Assembly: GCA_002633005.1 (NCBI GenBank) | Contig: NMRA01000935.1 | Coordinates: forward strand, 1 to 64,000 | Direction of reading: 5' to 3' | Length of the DNA: 64,000 bases | Source: Phoronis australis | Taxonomy: Eukaryota; Animalia; Phoronida | Shown: piece after piece, positions 25,870 to 39,429 of the stretch | How positions within the stretch are numbered: the first letter of the stretch is position 1 | Layout of the letters: each line of letters opens with the position of its first letter | Notes under the pieces: model-generated | Told to the model about the DNA's origin: nothing | Databases searched by the model: none | Seen by the model: the letters and a program-made list of their open reading frames with translations, nothing else | Program-made: the position numbers and the translations under genes

Positions 25870-26590
25870 AGAATGATTTCAAAAGGTTACCTGGTGGACA
25901 AATCTGACAAAACTCAGATATTTGGTCGTGTGTGGCTGGGCTAACCCACCCCTAGACTTGTCTCGCAGTGTTTGTTCATGATGCATGGACTTACGGTGAA
26001 TATTTTGCAATTGGTTTAAAGCGGTTACCTCTTGGGTTGATCTAGTTCAATTTTAACCCTTTTTGATAATCCCCTTGCAGGACACTCCACCACTGAAATT
26101 GTCTGGCATCTAGCTGTTGTGCCATGTACAGCGATGCTGAACATCGTGCAATTGGTTTCCAACGATTACCTAGTGGGTTGACCTAGCTCAACGCAGGTAT
26201 TTGGGCGTGTCTGGCGGGGCTTACCCACCACTAGATTTGCCTGGGCTCACGGTAAATATTGTGCAACTAGTTTCATGCGGATACCTTTTGGAATGATATA
26301 CCTCACTTTTAACCTTGTTTATAACCGTCTGACTGATACTCCCCATCACTGTAATTGTCTGGCAGTGATCAATTTTGATACAGTGGATTACGTAGTAGGT
26401 ATCGAAGGCAACTTGAAGAGGTTACCAGAAAAGTTGGTCTAGCTCAATTTTTAGTGCCATTCTCTTGGCTCCCCTGACTGCACCCACCAAAGCAAACCTA
26501 CCAGATGGCCATTTCCAAGCACGGGGATACACATAGACCACTGTGGTACCAAAATAAATTGGTTACCTTTTCATGCCCAAAAAAGCTCTG
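25870..26590 (+). repeat. Dispersed repeat family E with internal sub-repeats (GGTTACC...TCTAGCTCAA)
   Basis: Homologous to 59425-59755 (same strand) and 55640-56170 (opposite strand). Confidence 0.8.
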
Positions 26591-26699
26591 GGACCCCGGT
26601 CAACTACGGTTGTGGGCAGTTTATCGAACTCCAAAGTTCAAATTAAAATGTTAACTAAGGTATACAGAATGACGTAGGACGACGCTTGTGGATTGGCTC

Positions 26700-27720
26700 A
26701 GGCGATGGGGCAGGCAGACAAAGGATCGATGCATACCTTTCTGCCGACAAACCTTGCTTTAGATGTGGTGCCCTGATGGCTGTGGTTTTTCCAAGTGTAA
26801 TCTTCCAATTCTGGCAAGGGTATTTGCAGAAAAAATGTCCGAAACCAAAGACGAAAGTGAATAATACTAAGTATTGTTCACGCCCAGAACATAAAGTTAC
26901 CTTTAGTCGTTGTGCAAAGTGACCGCATCGTCCCGTTGAACTGGGTGCACCATTAGACATTGGGAATATCAGTTTCGAGTGTCCGGGGAAAATACACCCT
27001 AGCTGTAACAAAATACTGCAGTGATATGCCATCGTGATTCAACCAGCAACAGATCAGGATGTTTCAAAACAACACATGGACGACATTAGGGTGGTGGATA
27101 ATGCTCAGCCCATATTTTGCATATCATGTCCGATGCCATTCGCCATGCTTGAAAAGGTCAGCGAAGAACTAGACACAAAGAAACGAGAAGTAGTGTTTGT
27201 GAAAGTCAAGCGAAGTTACATTGCAACTCCAATTGTCGTAGTTCCAAAGACCAATTGCAAAATATTTTTGTTATGATTTTAGACAACATTAAAGTTTTTG
27301 AACCTCAGCCGTATTCATTACATTCTGTTGAGAACCTTTTCACGTCATAGGCTGGTGCTTGTGTGTTCAGTGTAACTGACTTGACCAATGACCTCTATCA
27401 GCTCAAACAGACACTAAGAACCTGCTTAGTGTCAAAGCACACACGCAGGGCATACATATGGTGTTGGTACAGCATTCATGGTATTTCAAGCAATGCTAAA
27501 TAAAATACTGGCAGGATTAAAATGTGCATGCTGCTTCCGGGACGACAGTTTGACAGGAAAACCTGATGAAAAACAGCAGTTACAGCTGTTAGGAACAGAG
27601 CTGACAAGAATGTTGGGTCACCACCATGTGTTTCAGTGCGACTCTCTAAGGTTACAAAATCAACGCTTAAAGTCCTTGTCTCACGCGTTGTTAACCCTTA
27701 TTACATGGTTAGAAGATGTT
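26700..27720 (+). mobile_element. Highly decayed Ty3/Gypsy gag-pol fragment
   Basis: Knuckle remnants CFRCG and GYLQKKC; RT remnants PMPFAMLEKVSEELD, IATPIVVVPK, FQAMLNKILAGLK...RDD. Confidence 0.75.
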
Positions 27721-27769
27721 ATAAGGATCCAAGAAGTACCTACCCCATAACTAATACACGATCCGTACT

Positions 27770-28817
27770 CGAAAACAGTTTAAATGAACGCGCCACTCAC
27801 GATTCGCACCCGAAGAAACACCGCCATTTTGAACTTGCCGCGAACCCGGAAGTACAATTCATTCAGGAACCCAGGCCGAGAAAACGCCGTCAGTGCGACT
27901 GGAGCAGTGCCTGTACTGTTACCAGCCAGCAAACGGGGATAAAAAAAATCGACAGCGCGCCTTAATTTTGATAAAATCAAACTACGGACAATTTTATGGA
28001 ATTTGCTGAAGAAATGTGGCGAATAAATTTTGACAGAAATTATTTTGCCAGACTCGGGACCGCAGCCTACCGGACCCGGTGCGGATCGAGACCAGACACT
28101 GGCGAACGGTAAATGCATGCGGTTGCAAGCTGTTTTGTCGAAGTAAAATGGTCAAATGATAAATGCTGCATATATTCAAAGGTAGTTTCAGACACTTGCA
28201 TGAAATTACGGGCTGGTTAGTCCTGTGTCACACTGCTGGCCACAAACACAAAAAACACGAAAATTGAACAAAGTTTCTTTTTTGTAGCAACGTTTGTCAA
28301 AATGTATCAACGTTAAATCTTCACAAATTACAAAGTAGCCGATTGAACATGCCTTTCAGTTCAGCAAAAGTCGACATTGTAGGTGCCGCCAGAAATGAGA
28401 CGATCGAAGTCCAACGTACGGGAATCGTGAGCACAGATTTATCACTTAATGAGTAACAACTGCGAGGCTGAAATTTGGTGAACACTGCTAAATCGTGCAG
28501 AATAGTAAGTAAAGATATATCTAACTAAATTTTACCGTAATTTGTTGGCGAAAACAATTTACACAAAGTTTTAAACTCGTAACTCATCTCGCTGTCCTCC
28601 AATATGGCCGACGCGATCCAAACAAAGTGACCCAATTTTCGCCACAAAACTTGCAATAACTTTACAGTGCTTGCCCCGATTTTGATACTTTTTCGATTTT
28701 TACTGAGTAGAATGTACTACCTTTCCGATGATAGCAAAGTACTTTTTCAAAACGAGGAAAAAAATAAAACCGAAAAAAATTGGTTCGACCCATATTGGTT
28801 CCTAGGTTCGACCGGCC
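27770..28817. mobile_element. Probable DNA transposon terminal region
   Basis: CpG-richer block ending GGTTCGACCGGCCT; no partner TIR found, boundaries approximate. Confidence 0.3.
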
Positions 28818-30474
28818 TACGTAAGGAACTAAACACCAATGCTATTTTAACATACTAAGTACGCGTAACATTCCAAAAAAATCAACGACCACTAACTACA
28901 AACTATAAATACACTACATATGCAAACGAATCACGATATATTACTAATAAAACAAAATAATGAAGACTTTTCGAGCAAGCCATAGCACATTCAGTTACAA
29001 GGAAAAAATGGCGGCGTTCAGGACAAGTTCCTGAACTGATGAGCCGGAAATGTGGGTACGGAAATAACCGGTAATCATACGCTCAGAGTGAAGGGTCAAA
29101 TACTGTTAAAAAATCGCTTTTGGCAAGAAAGGCGAAAAGAATATAAAGAAAGGGTGTCGAAAATAAGAATTTATGTAGTAAGTATTTTCGGATACTGGAA
29201 CCACATGGGCAGTTTGCAACAAGGACTTTAAGGTTTTCATCCGACAGCAAGGACAGAGCACTTAAAGGTGCACCAGTGCATGAAGGTGTCGATCACCCTG
29301 AAAAGCTTAATCGGACTTGTAGCGTTTTTCCAAGTCTTTATTCTCGATTCGCACCATTCGACCAAACACGCGACTGAAATGAAAGGCCACCAGGAGGCAC
29401 TGCAACAAAAAGGGTGCAGAAGGGGGGGGGGCAAGCGCATAACTAATATACGTTTCTTCCAGGGGGGATAGTCCCATAGCTATGTTCGTGTGCGGCCCTA
29501 ACCCAATGTCATAATCCAACCACCACAACTACCACCGTCAATGCAGCATTTCAATGAAAGACCTAATATCAAACCACACAGAGGTTCTTTTGCACATTTA
29601 AAGTAAAGTGGTGTTGCTTAAGAAGATATGAGATTACAGAAATAATTTTGTAATGACGCCGTGGGATCTTGATTTTATAACCGTGCGTCAATTTAAATTC
29701 CGTTCACAAGTGCCAGGTGTAAATTTTCACTTATGAACTTTGCCTTTACATGCACATGATCTTTAAAGGTTGTGTAATTATTCACAACAGTGCTGCTTTA
29801 CACCCTGGTGTATTTACGTTTGTATGGCAAATTATACTCTGTACGCACATGTAAATACACATTCGGGTGTAAATAGACACTCGTGTGTAAACACCGTCAA
29901 GTAAACAGGTCCTAACTTGCATGAAGCGTTGGTTATGATCACTGGTTTACTAGACTGTAAAGAGTTTCCAAATTTGTTTCAAACTTTTACGAGTTGCTGA
30001 ATGTTACATAGCATTATGTATTGTTTTAAAGAGCTTGAAGGGGAAGGCATTGATAGGCCAACACTGGGCTTAGCATCCTTTTAATGTTTGATTGCAGTAT
30101 TGTTGGAGTATCCGTAGACCCGTGCCTATAGTCACGTATGCCGTGCATGTGTAATTCTTCGTTCACAATTTACATGTTATTGCTGTGACCAGTTGTGGTG
30201 GTACGAGCTTCAGTTGTCAGGGGACATAAATAATGTTTTTAAGTCGACGCTGGGGTACACGTGTACTTGGTAAGACACAATTTGCATTTTGCGAAAGACC
30301 GGTGTGCCTACGGTAAAAATACGTACGTCACAAACTAGCGTTATCACGTATGAAAAGGACACCGAGGTGGGCGAAATAAGGTAATTTATTATGGTAAGAT
30401 AAAAGTACAAAGAACCTCCCTGTATCGGGGTACGCTGGCAACAGTATGATACTTTAGGCCTACGCTGTATTTGT

Positions 30475-30482
30475 TATAAAAG
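30475..30482 (+). promoter_or_regulatory. TATA box of gene B
   Basis: TATAAAAG starting 58 nt upstream of the signal-peptide ATG at 30533. Confidence 0.65.
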
Positions 30483-30532
30483 CCCTGTTAAGCAGAGAAC
30501 GTGCGACTGGAGAAGTTAGTCACTAACCGTAC

Positions 30533-30648
30533 ATGATGTGGTCCTCTGCTGTCCTAACTTTCATTGCGCTGTCCGTCTCCTTATCACTGCCGCACATGCA
30601 AGGTCTGGGGCAGCGTGAGATCGTGAGCCCACGTTTGGCGAGATCTAG
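30533..30648 (+). CDS. Gene B, exon 1: signal peptide + short propeptide (MMWSSAVLTFIALSVSLSLPHMQGLGQREIVSPRLARS)
   Basis: Hydrophobic N-terminus, R-x-x-R site, AG|GTAAGA phase-2 donor matching the phase-2 acceptor at 51969. Linkage across the 21.3 kb intron is inferred. Confidence 0.75.
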
Positions 30649-32694
30649 GTAAGACAGGTGATCAAGACACACTCGAATAACTTAGGGCAATCCTTTCACT
30701 CAGTCGAAATGTGTTTTGGCGACGGAAGATGAGAGATCGACACGCTTCCTAGTTGAAGTAGTTAATTTTTTACAAGTTGTGTTTGTCAATAAAGAGACTC
30801 TGCAGTCCGTTGAAGTGAATCCCATTTTATTTGTGGTCCCCGATCACCATCCAATGTTATTCGGAATCGGGTACACGGTTGATTTGTTTGCACCGTGGAG
30901 GTCCTGAGTAAAAAAGTGTTATCATTTGCCTTGCGTCCGAAACTTATTTACATGTACATTTGTTTATTTTCAATACGACGTGGGGCCTGTAATACGCGTT
31001 TAGGTTCGTCATGAGCGGTAGGCAACGCACTAGCCACGAATGGTTTGAGGTAAAATTACGATGATGTAATTTGAAAAGAATGCATCATTCTCTCAATCTC
31101 CGTCTCACCCGCTCCACTACAGGTTTTCATTGTGCTTGTTTCGGCCCCGCCTTCTTCCCAGGTAGTGCATCCGCCCCCCACTTAAATTTGAGGTGTTTTA
31201 TTTTTTCTTGCGGGCCATTTTTTCGCGGAAGCGGAGGGACGGTGGCCAGTTTTGTAGTGACATTGTTGACGTCAGTCCGTCGGCTTTATTTCACTCCCTC
31301 CGGTTTCCGCCGTCAAACTTAATCGAAGTCATAAAAAACTAAATTTTTCCGTGAGTAAACTTAAAATTTACCGATGTTGAAAAAATTGGCGTTTTATCGT
31401 TATTTTGCTGCTAAATTAGAGTGGGCTGTTTTGAGTTAGCTTTCGGCGCCATTGCGTCACCCAATGGCCAATTTCCTCAATCTATTCTTCAATCAACTAT
31501 TCTTCTCTTCCACGAGGTTGCCTACATGTCATAACAATGGGAACTGGTTTCATTTCATTACAAGTTTTTAGTATTTTAATACCAGCACACCCAATTTGCT
31601 GCGAAGCTGTCATCATCCATCTCGAGAGATATCGCAAAAGTTCAGTTGGAAATGGCGCACCTGTGCGTATCACGAGCGCGCTGTTTTCAAAACGACAGAT
31701 TTTTCTCTGTTACAAAAGGCGGAGAATTACGTAGAAATTAGATTTTTAGATTTGTTCACTCAAACGGCTGTAACGGGCAAGGTTGATTCCTAGATCCTGC
31801 ATGCACCTTCACCGGTCGTTAGCTCTGTACATAATGACTAGACATAAGTTTCACGACGAGGTGACGAGATGAGCTACCCAGATTGTGCGGCGTTTTGATG
31901 TCTAACGGAGCTCAACAAACAGCTACCTAACTGTAACTTGGCGATAGTCTTCATACAGCAATACCTGGCTTTCTATCTTAGTATATACATTTATGTGACA
32001 TTGGTAAATACATTATATAATTTGTGTACAATGCTATTATTTTTAAATGCTTCCTTACTGAGTTTTCACTTTAAAGAATAGCAGATTATTGTACATTATG
32101 TTATGGCAAGGTCAAATGTTCTGGAAAGAAGAACTATTTTGACTGCCTGGGGAAAGACCGGAAGCCGCACACCCAACCTAAATCTGAGAGAAATTCTGAT
32201 TGAAGCTTTAAAATAAAACGGTCTCTTCAAGAATTATCCGTCTCTTGCGATGAACACTAAATTCTGACTTGAAGGTGTAGTATTTCTCTTCGGCATTCCC
32301 TTATACTAGTCGCCACCCGTGCAGAAGCACGGTTGGCTGCTAGTTAACTTATAAACATCTCCAGTCCATTGTGACCAGCAATGGCGAACCAGTGCTTTTC
32401 GATCTCTAGCTGTAGTGTTCTGAACATTTCAAGATATTGGTGAATTTTTGCAATAACAGGACCCACGGTGTTGTAGGTTTAAAGCACTCCATAGTGTGCA
32501 TGCTGGCTTCTACAGAACTTAAACTTATATCATGCAACATTAACAAAGATGTATAAACTAATTAAAAATCCGAGACTGTTCGGACGCGTTCGAGCCAACT
32601 GTAGGAAACTGGTATTAAATCCGTGCTTTCAGTCAAAACAGTTTTAATTTAATCCACTTGCAATTATAAAAGTGGTGTGAAATTCTTTCTTACA

Positions 32695-33060
32695 AAGATG
32701 ACTGTGCAATTTCCCTCTGCAGTTAAATATGTCTTCCGCCTTGTTTGGAGATCCAGCTTAGATTAGAAGGTGTAAATTTAAGTTTTGCTTAGCGACATTT
32801 CATTTATATAGACAAAGACTACAAAAGTCATTTTTACGTGAGGTATGTGATTACTACAGCATGGAAAAAATATTTACAATGATAAATTGGATCTTGAGAG
32901 ATTCCAGGCAAGGTGGTCTTTTTTGCCTAACTAGCTTTTATAGGGTCCGATAATGTTCGTAATTTGTTTTGATGTACACTAACTAGGTTTCATATTGTTG
33001 CACATCTACATGTATGTACTGGTTGGTTGAATTAATAAACGTTTCATCGTGAAAAAAGAT
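32695..33060 (+). mobile_element. 5'-truncated 3' end of an L1/Tx1-like LINE
   Basis: Reverse-complement match to 43850-44215, the 3' end of the RT-bearing LINE. Confidence 0.85.
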
Positions 33061-33589
33061 GACTGGGATGATTTTCTGGCAATAAACGATCTGACATCTC
33101 AAAGCAAGCTCATAAATTTTCCGATCACGCCGTGACCTGAAATTTTATTAGCTTCTCATGATGTGATATAGAACAGTCGGTTCTTTCCAAGTCCAGGGGT
33201 CAGTTCTAAGCTGAGCAAGTAACAGGGCATAACCAGTTTTGTAACGGTAAGTTGCCTAAATAAGGTCTCGTTTTTGATAGAAACCGCGGGCTAAATGCCG
33301 CTTTAAGTACTCGTCAGTGAGCAGGTAAAGAATTAATCAAAATAAAAGTAAAATAATTCACAGATTAATCCCATTAAACGATTAAATCACAATCAAGGTC
33401 CTTGTTCGGCGGCCACTTCTGGTAAAACTATAATGCTGAAAAAACTATAAAGACTGGGTTAATTTAAAGTAATCAAGCATATTTTTGCACAAGAACCGAC
33501 ACAACTCAAAAATAATGAGAACGTTTTCTCCTGAAATATGATACTTACAAAAAGAAATCGATAAATAACTTGTACCTTGTACCTTTCTT

Positions 33590-33905
33590 CTAGGCAATGT
33601 CAATCCACTCCTGTTTGTACCCTTATCTCTGGGTGTAGAATCCTGTCCAGTAATTTTATTCCAAGCATTTTTCTCTCCATTGCTGTCTGTGTTGGTCTTA
33701 GCTTAGCAATGGCCTGTTTTGTTAAGGTCCATGTTTGGCATCCATAGGCGATTGTGTGGATGATGCACTGGTCAAATACTTTTCTTTTCAGCGATATGGG
33801 TATGATCTTATCTTGGAATATTTCTCTGTTTTTCCAAAACAACTCCGTCCAGCTGTTATTCGGATTTGTATTTCATTGGTCATACGGTTCCCCATTTATA
33901 TAGTT
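33590..33905 (-). mobile_element. RTE-clade LINE fragment (C-terminal to RT)
   Basis: LKRKVFDQCI...YGCQTWTLTK...TQTAMERKMLGIKLLDR. Confidence 0.85.
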
Positions 33906-34559
33906 TGTCCAGTTATTTGAAATAGATAAAGCAATGCTAGGTACAGTGTTCAATTTGTAAACATTATAAACAAATGGTAGTGCTCGGGGTACGTACTTTA
34001 CATGTACGTAATTGCGTACACTCAATCAATATCATTTTACTAAGTTGCAAATGTCTCAAGTGTTGTGCTGTCACTACTTGTTGGTTTGCTGTAAGTTGTT
34101 TTGAGAGATAGAGCACCTGCCTTTGTAAACTCTGTTGTCACACGACTTGTACGTCTTCTAGGATGTTACTGGCTAAGTCCTGTGTGGCATTCTATTGCCC
34201 ACAAATTCGATAATAGCCATTGTTTTATGTCTGATTGGATGCATTTAAGTTTTACCGGCATGATTAATGAAAACAGCATTATGTATAAGCACCTGTAGGC
34301 AGTATTTTATTGCACAGAGGTTGAAGGAACGTACACTACACAGGAATACGTACACCACGTTTCAATGACATGTAAGACTTATAATTAAATACTTAGAATC
34401 TACTGAGAGTTAGTTCATTCATCAAATGTATTCAATGTGCATATCTGTTATTCTTTAAAATCAGACACTTGTTGAAACACAACACAAATACTAATATTTC
34501 ACTCAAAACAAAAGTATTTTAATCAACACCATTAAACCTAACATTTTTAAAGGAGGAAA

Positions 34560-36200
34560 CTGACTACGATCAACGTTGCTCCCTTACCAAGTGGTATTTA
34601 TTAACGTCGGGCTACGAACACTACAAAAAGAGTAAACGTACACCACATCATCGTTTCTGCATCTCGTGATAACATTGTGGTATATTTTTGTAACCATTTT
34701 ATTTCTAAACACACTAAGATATACAACAATGAGGTGTATACAAATGAAACACCGACACTCACGCATGCGCACACACACGCAGATATCTAAATAATACAAC
34801 TTTAAGGTTGATCTAATCCAAATAAGTATCGAGGGTTTCCCAAAAGGCAGTTTTGAGGGGTTGAATATTTCTTACTTTACAACAATCATACAAGAACCAT
34901 CGAAATTGTGAACATTCAGGAATAATCTTGTCTCTACAGCATTTATAAATGAACTGCTTACAAATAGTTAATATAGTATTAATATCTCTAAAATTACATC
35001 CAGAATATGCTGTGAAAATAACGTTTTTATCTAAGTTTAAATCATGTTGTGCAGTTACATAAATTAAAGTTTCTGAATTTCACACCACAGTTTTCACAGC
35101 ACCACATCCCATAAAATATGGTTAAAAGTTACAAAAGTTTCACAAAATGCACACTTGTCATTACTTACTAAATACATCTTTTTTCAACGAAGTTTTGTAA
35201 CACTTTTCTATGAGTATGAAAATGTTTAAAGGTTTTAACATATGGAGGTAACAATAGTTTGTTTGGAAGAACATAAATTTGTTTAAATCGTTGTCCAGAG
35301 TAAATATCAGTTAAGCTGCATTCTATATCAGGATGCAAAATAATTTTGGAAAGCAAAATATTTCTAGAAATCACATTAGTAATTTTACTTGACTGGAGGG
35401 TATGTATACATTTTGACATAGAAGGCTCAGTGTTCAACTTAATCGTACGTCTCAAAGCAGCATAATGAATCCAGTTTGAAAGCTTAAATCTATTTTTCAA
35501 AACCGCTCATGTCAGAAATTTATTTTCAAAATTCAAAAGATCCTTCACAAAAATAACTCCAGCTTCAAAGAAACTGTTAAAGAAAACACTCCACCCATTA
35601 ATCAGGATGTTTTTGTTATTCCACGCTACTTGGTTTACAAGTGTTATGTCATCATGTAAATGAGCAATTATTTCTTCCCAAGCAATTACTATGAGGTGAT
35701 AGAAGGTACATGTAGTAACATTTGCAATAAACAGTAAATTACAATCACAATTTGATTAAAGATCATACTACCCACATATGTTTTGAAAATATACCTTGAA
35801 AACACTTTAAAAACTTCATTGTTTCCATTTTCACAACGCGTAACCCACTTATCTAGTAATGATTTCTACATAGTATTTATATCAGGAACTGACAAAGCAA
35901 CATTTTCATGGATACATGTATTTACAGCCACATCTTTTCTAATTCTGGGTGGTTTGTTTTGCCAAAAAAAAACATTTTATAAAAGTATTTATCTTAGCTC
36001 TACGTTAGCTGTCAATTCCAAAGTTGCTCATAACATAAATTAATTTAGACAACGCAAAAGTTTCAATTACACTGATCCTTCCTCACAATGAAATATTGCG
36101 ACTTTCCAAATATCAAGAGACATTTTAAACAACTTAATTTTGAGTTCAAAATTTCAAAAGTCACTTTGTTTTTGTTGTAACTAAAAATATTCCCATACTC
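34560..36200 (-). mobile_element. Decayed L1/Tx1-like ORF2 3' half
   Basis: Remnants RISVIETFALSKLIYVM, VAWNNKNILINGWSVFFNSFFEAGVIFVKDL and FWETL; many stops. Confidence 0.65.
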
Positions 36201-36339
36201 ATATTGCCCAGGCTAACATGTTCTGCAGTTCCTGTTATTATAGAGTGTTAACTTTTTAACCTTCTTTACAATAGACGAGGGTTAGAAACACAGAATTTAC
36301 AAATTCCTGTTTTATGATGAACTGTACCATTCCTCAGTG

Positions 36340-37550
36340 ATTAAGCACAACTTACATGTAAACTAAGGAGGTGCACCAACCGAGTTGATCAGGCTCGGTC
36401 CAGGACTGTATGGCTCATCTCGTCTCCTACAACTTCACTAATGCAGCATCAGGAGCCTGCCCACTTCACCTACTCTTCTTGCACCACTGTTCATTCCTCT
36501 TCTTCCATATCCACTGTGACGCCCTCTCCGCTCGCTCGCTTATAACACCGATAGCCTTCATCCTTTCCTTTCCTGTCACCCCTGATGCACGAAATGCCCT
36601 CCATACTGGCTGCCCAACAAATCCCCTGCATCCAACTCCAACTGGCCAGTACCATACTCTCCACCCCCTACTTCGACATTTTTCGCACAACTGTTGATAT
36701 TTCTCTTTCTTCCTTGCATGTGCTTCATCTACCCGCTCTCCCCATGACACTGTCAGCTCCAGCAATATTACCTGCTTCGTTGCCTGTGACCACATCACGA
36801 TGTCTGGCCTTAGACTTGTCTCCGCTATCTCACTTGGGAAGGTCATCCTTCGGTACAGATTGAAGTTCATTTTCAAGATGTTTGCCGTGTTCAGTACACC
36901 TGCTCCTCCTGTATGTCCCCGAGTTGAAGTACCTGTCAGCAAAAATTAACAAACTGAGGTTCTTTCAGCACTTTTCGTTCCTTCTTGTGTTCCCTCCTGC
37001 TCTCCGCGACCACCTCCAGCACCGGGTCATGCCTTCAAGTATATCGCCCGTCTGATAACGCTGATGAGCATGATGACAGCACGTGTTCCAGGTTTGCTGG
37101 CTTCTTGCACAATGCACAAGTCGTATCTTCCACTAACCCCCACGCGCGAAAATTGGTTGGGCTGGGGAAAACATTATACACAGACCTCAGCAAAAACCTT
37201 AATCTGCTCTCCTGCATTGTCCAGATCTCTTGCCACTTCAAAGCCCTCTGTCTAACTCCATGAAAATTCAGCCAACTGCCTTACTGCCCTCATGCCTGCT
37301 GCTCTGGCTCTTCTTGTTTCTTCTTCCATGCTTCTCACTTGCTGCTGTACCATGCTACGTCTCTCCTTAGGACTCTCTTCTCCCCAACGTGCCTGTGGAA
37401 ACAAACCAAGTCCTTGTCTGCCCACTGCAACTGTGCCTACTATATCATCGTGCTTGAGTCTTTCTTCTGCCTACTTGACTGCTTGTTTGCACTCGACCCT
37501 GACTCTGGCTCCTCGCACTTTCTCATCCACACTGTCCCTCAGAGTTAACA
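36340..37550 (-). mobile_element. HERO-type non-LTR retrotransposon 3' fragment (restriction-like endonuclease)
   Basis: LRFLLRSVYNVFPSPTN, CALCKKPANLEHVLSSC knuckle, LRPDIVMWS...ILLELTV..KKEKY, PVGVGCRGFVG. Confidence 0.9.
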
Positions 37551-37903
37551 CTTGATCTCAAGGGCTATCCCAAATGAGTGATCGGTTTTTCGCTACAATA
37601 TATATTTGTCGAGTTTTTCGAGATTTGCCAATGAGTGTTTTATTATTCTGTGACTTCTCGTGCCGTAGCTCTGGGTTCTTTTGAAATTTGGTTCGTAAGT
37701 ACACCTTGTCATGTACTACAAAATGTTTAGATGAAGTTTCTGGGTCCGACTTACAGTGACGCTCACAGTTGAACCTCGGAGAAGACGATTTTTACACGCA
37801 TAACGGTAAGCTACAATGTACAATATTATATTAGTGAGACAATATTGGCACGCAAGGGACATTGCCCAAAGTATTTCATTACGTGCAGAAATGTCAATTT
37901 TGA

Positions 37904-38197
37904 TTAAAAGGACGTTATATCAAGAGTAGTGTGAATAAAATGGTGGTTGCTGTAGTGGGGCCACAAAGTACAATTCACGTATTCCGCACTCCCGCTCTTC
38001 TCGGCCGTGAGGTAAGACTGTATAGATTCCACAATGGTGGCGCTGTACAACGATGGGCTTTGCTGTCTTTTGTCCTTCAGAGCCGTCAAAAAGGGGTGAA
38101 ATGGGACATGTTGCATCCAAGGATATTTATCAACCTTATCCCACTTTCTTGAATCGGCATTGAAGCCCACGGTACAGTAGAAATACTTTCGAGGCAT
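37904..38197 (-). pseudogene. Degenerate THAP zinc-finger ORF, probably from a DNA transposon
   Basis: MPRKYFYCTVG..N..R...FHPF...R spacing and terminal NHHF resemble the THAP consensus (M..C.V..C / FH.FP / CS.HF), with several ligands lost. Confidence 0.55.
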
Positions 38198-39429
38198 GGC
38201 TTAAGTATGATGTAAAATACAAAGCTTTCAGACGACAGAGAAGTGCTAACTTGTGAATCTCCATGGGAGCAAAAGCGTGGCTGCTGAACTGCCTGCCGTG
38301 TCTGGTGGAGTGGTGCTATTTCATACCTCACTGCATTAGAGAGCAATCAATGTGGAAGGTGAGAACTAGTACACTTTGGTTACAGTCCTTCCTTCAAACA
38401 TGTAGTTTTGAAAACCAGTAGGGTGCAATTTGTACGAACTAAAAGTGCTTAAAAATACCATTTGCTTTTTGTTTGACAAGTAGCAACACTCGCCAGTATC
38501 ATTAAACCTTCCTTTATAACATTACATATCACAACTGTGTAATATCCCAAAAACGAGAAAAGCGGCTTAGTTGAAAGTTCCGTAGCTCCAATGCCACTAG
38601 AGTGACTTGTGAACGTACCCAGCGTTTAAGTGCGTCATGTCCACCAACATGCGGGTTTCTTCTAAAAGAAGTTGCGCCATATCTGCACATCTCTGATGTC
38701 CCGCGGGATTGTAACAAGGGCCGTTTCGTTCTTAAATACTGCTTTGTCACAACTACAAACGCAACGTCTCGTGTCATTTTTTACTATATCACAGACCACG
38801 GGAAAACGAGCAGCAATATCTGACGACTTTTCACACTAAACGTAATGAAGTAAGATTAATGCTATGATTGACTGTCCCGATTGTACGTTGCATACATCAA
38901 CCAATGAAATGCGTGTAACTCAAGATAAGCTACGTAACACATAGTCAGAAAGTGTTTGCAAGTGTGTTCATTTGACAGCTGGTCGACAGGCCGTGTTGTT
39001 TCTTGGCGTTTTGATATGAAATTTGTAATTTTGAGCACTTAAAGTTCGACCAATTTATTGTCAAGGTTAACTACATGTAGGTTAATCATATTTTTATTGC
39101 AAGCCGTAAAAGGTGAGTTTCATTAAAAAATTATCTTTACGTGGATGTTAAGAGTGTTATAGAAAACGCATGGCAAACCCTTTTTTCGTCCATAAGAGTA
39201 CATGCGACGCATTTTGTTGACCAAAAGCTGTAAAAACGGGTGTGTAGGCCGGAGTGCTGTCGCTGCCGAGCACAACATTCTTCATCACGTCGTTAATTTT
39301 GTAACTAAAAACTCATTCATTTACAAGTGAATAGTTACTGTGTGTGAGAAGAATAAGAAGTAAATTATCAGAAAAAGTCACTACGTTAATGATCTTTTAA
39401 AGGTGTGCGATTAATCAGCCGCGTCAGCG

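Noticed and set aside
29017-29070. Hairpin followed by CTGATGA...GAAA, resembling a hammerhead
   Set aside because: No NUH cleavage triplet or stem III in the required positions.
32085-32203. Cys-containing frame YCTLCYGKVKCSGKKNYFDCLGKD... as a third paralogue exon
   Set aside because: Cys spacing does not match any module of genes A/B, the acceptor is poor, and the flanks show no similarity.
34045-34212. Hydrophobic mini-exons (NVSSVVLSLLVGLL / MLLAKSCVAFYCPQIR*)
   Set aside because: Weak acceptor, no homology support; the 30533 exon has a TATA box, ATG and better signal peptide.
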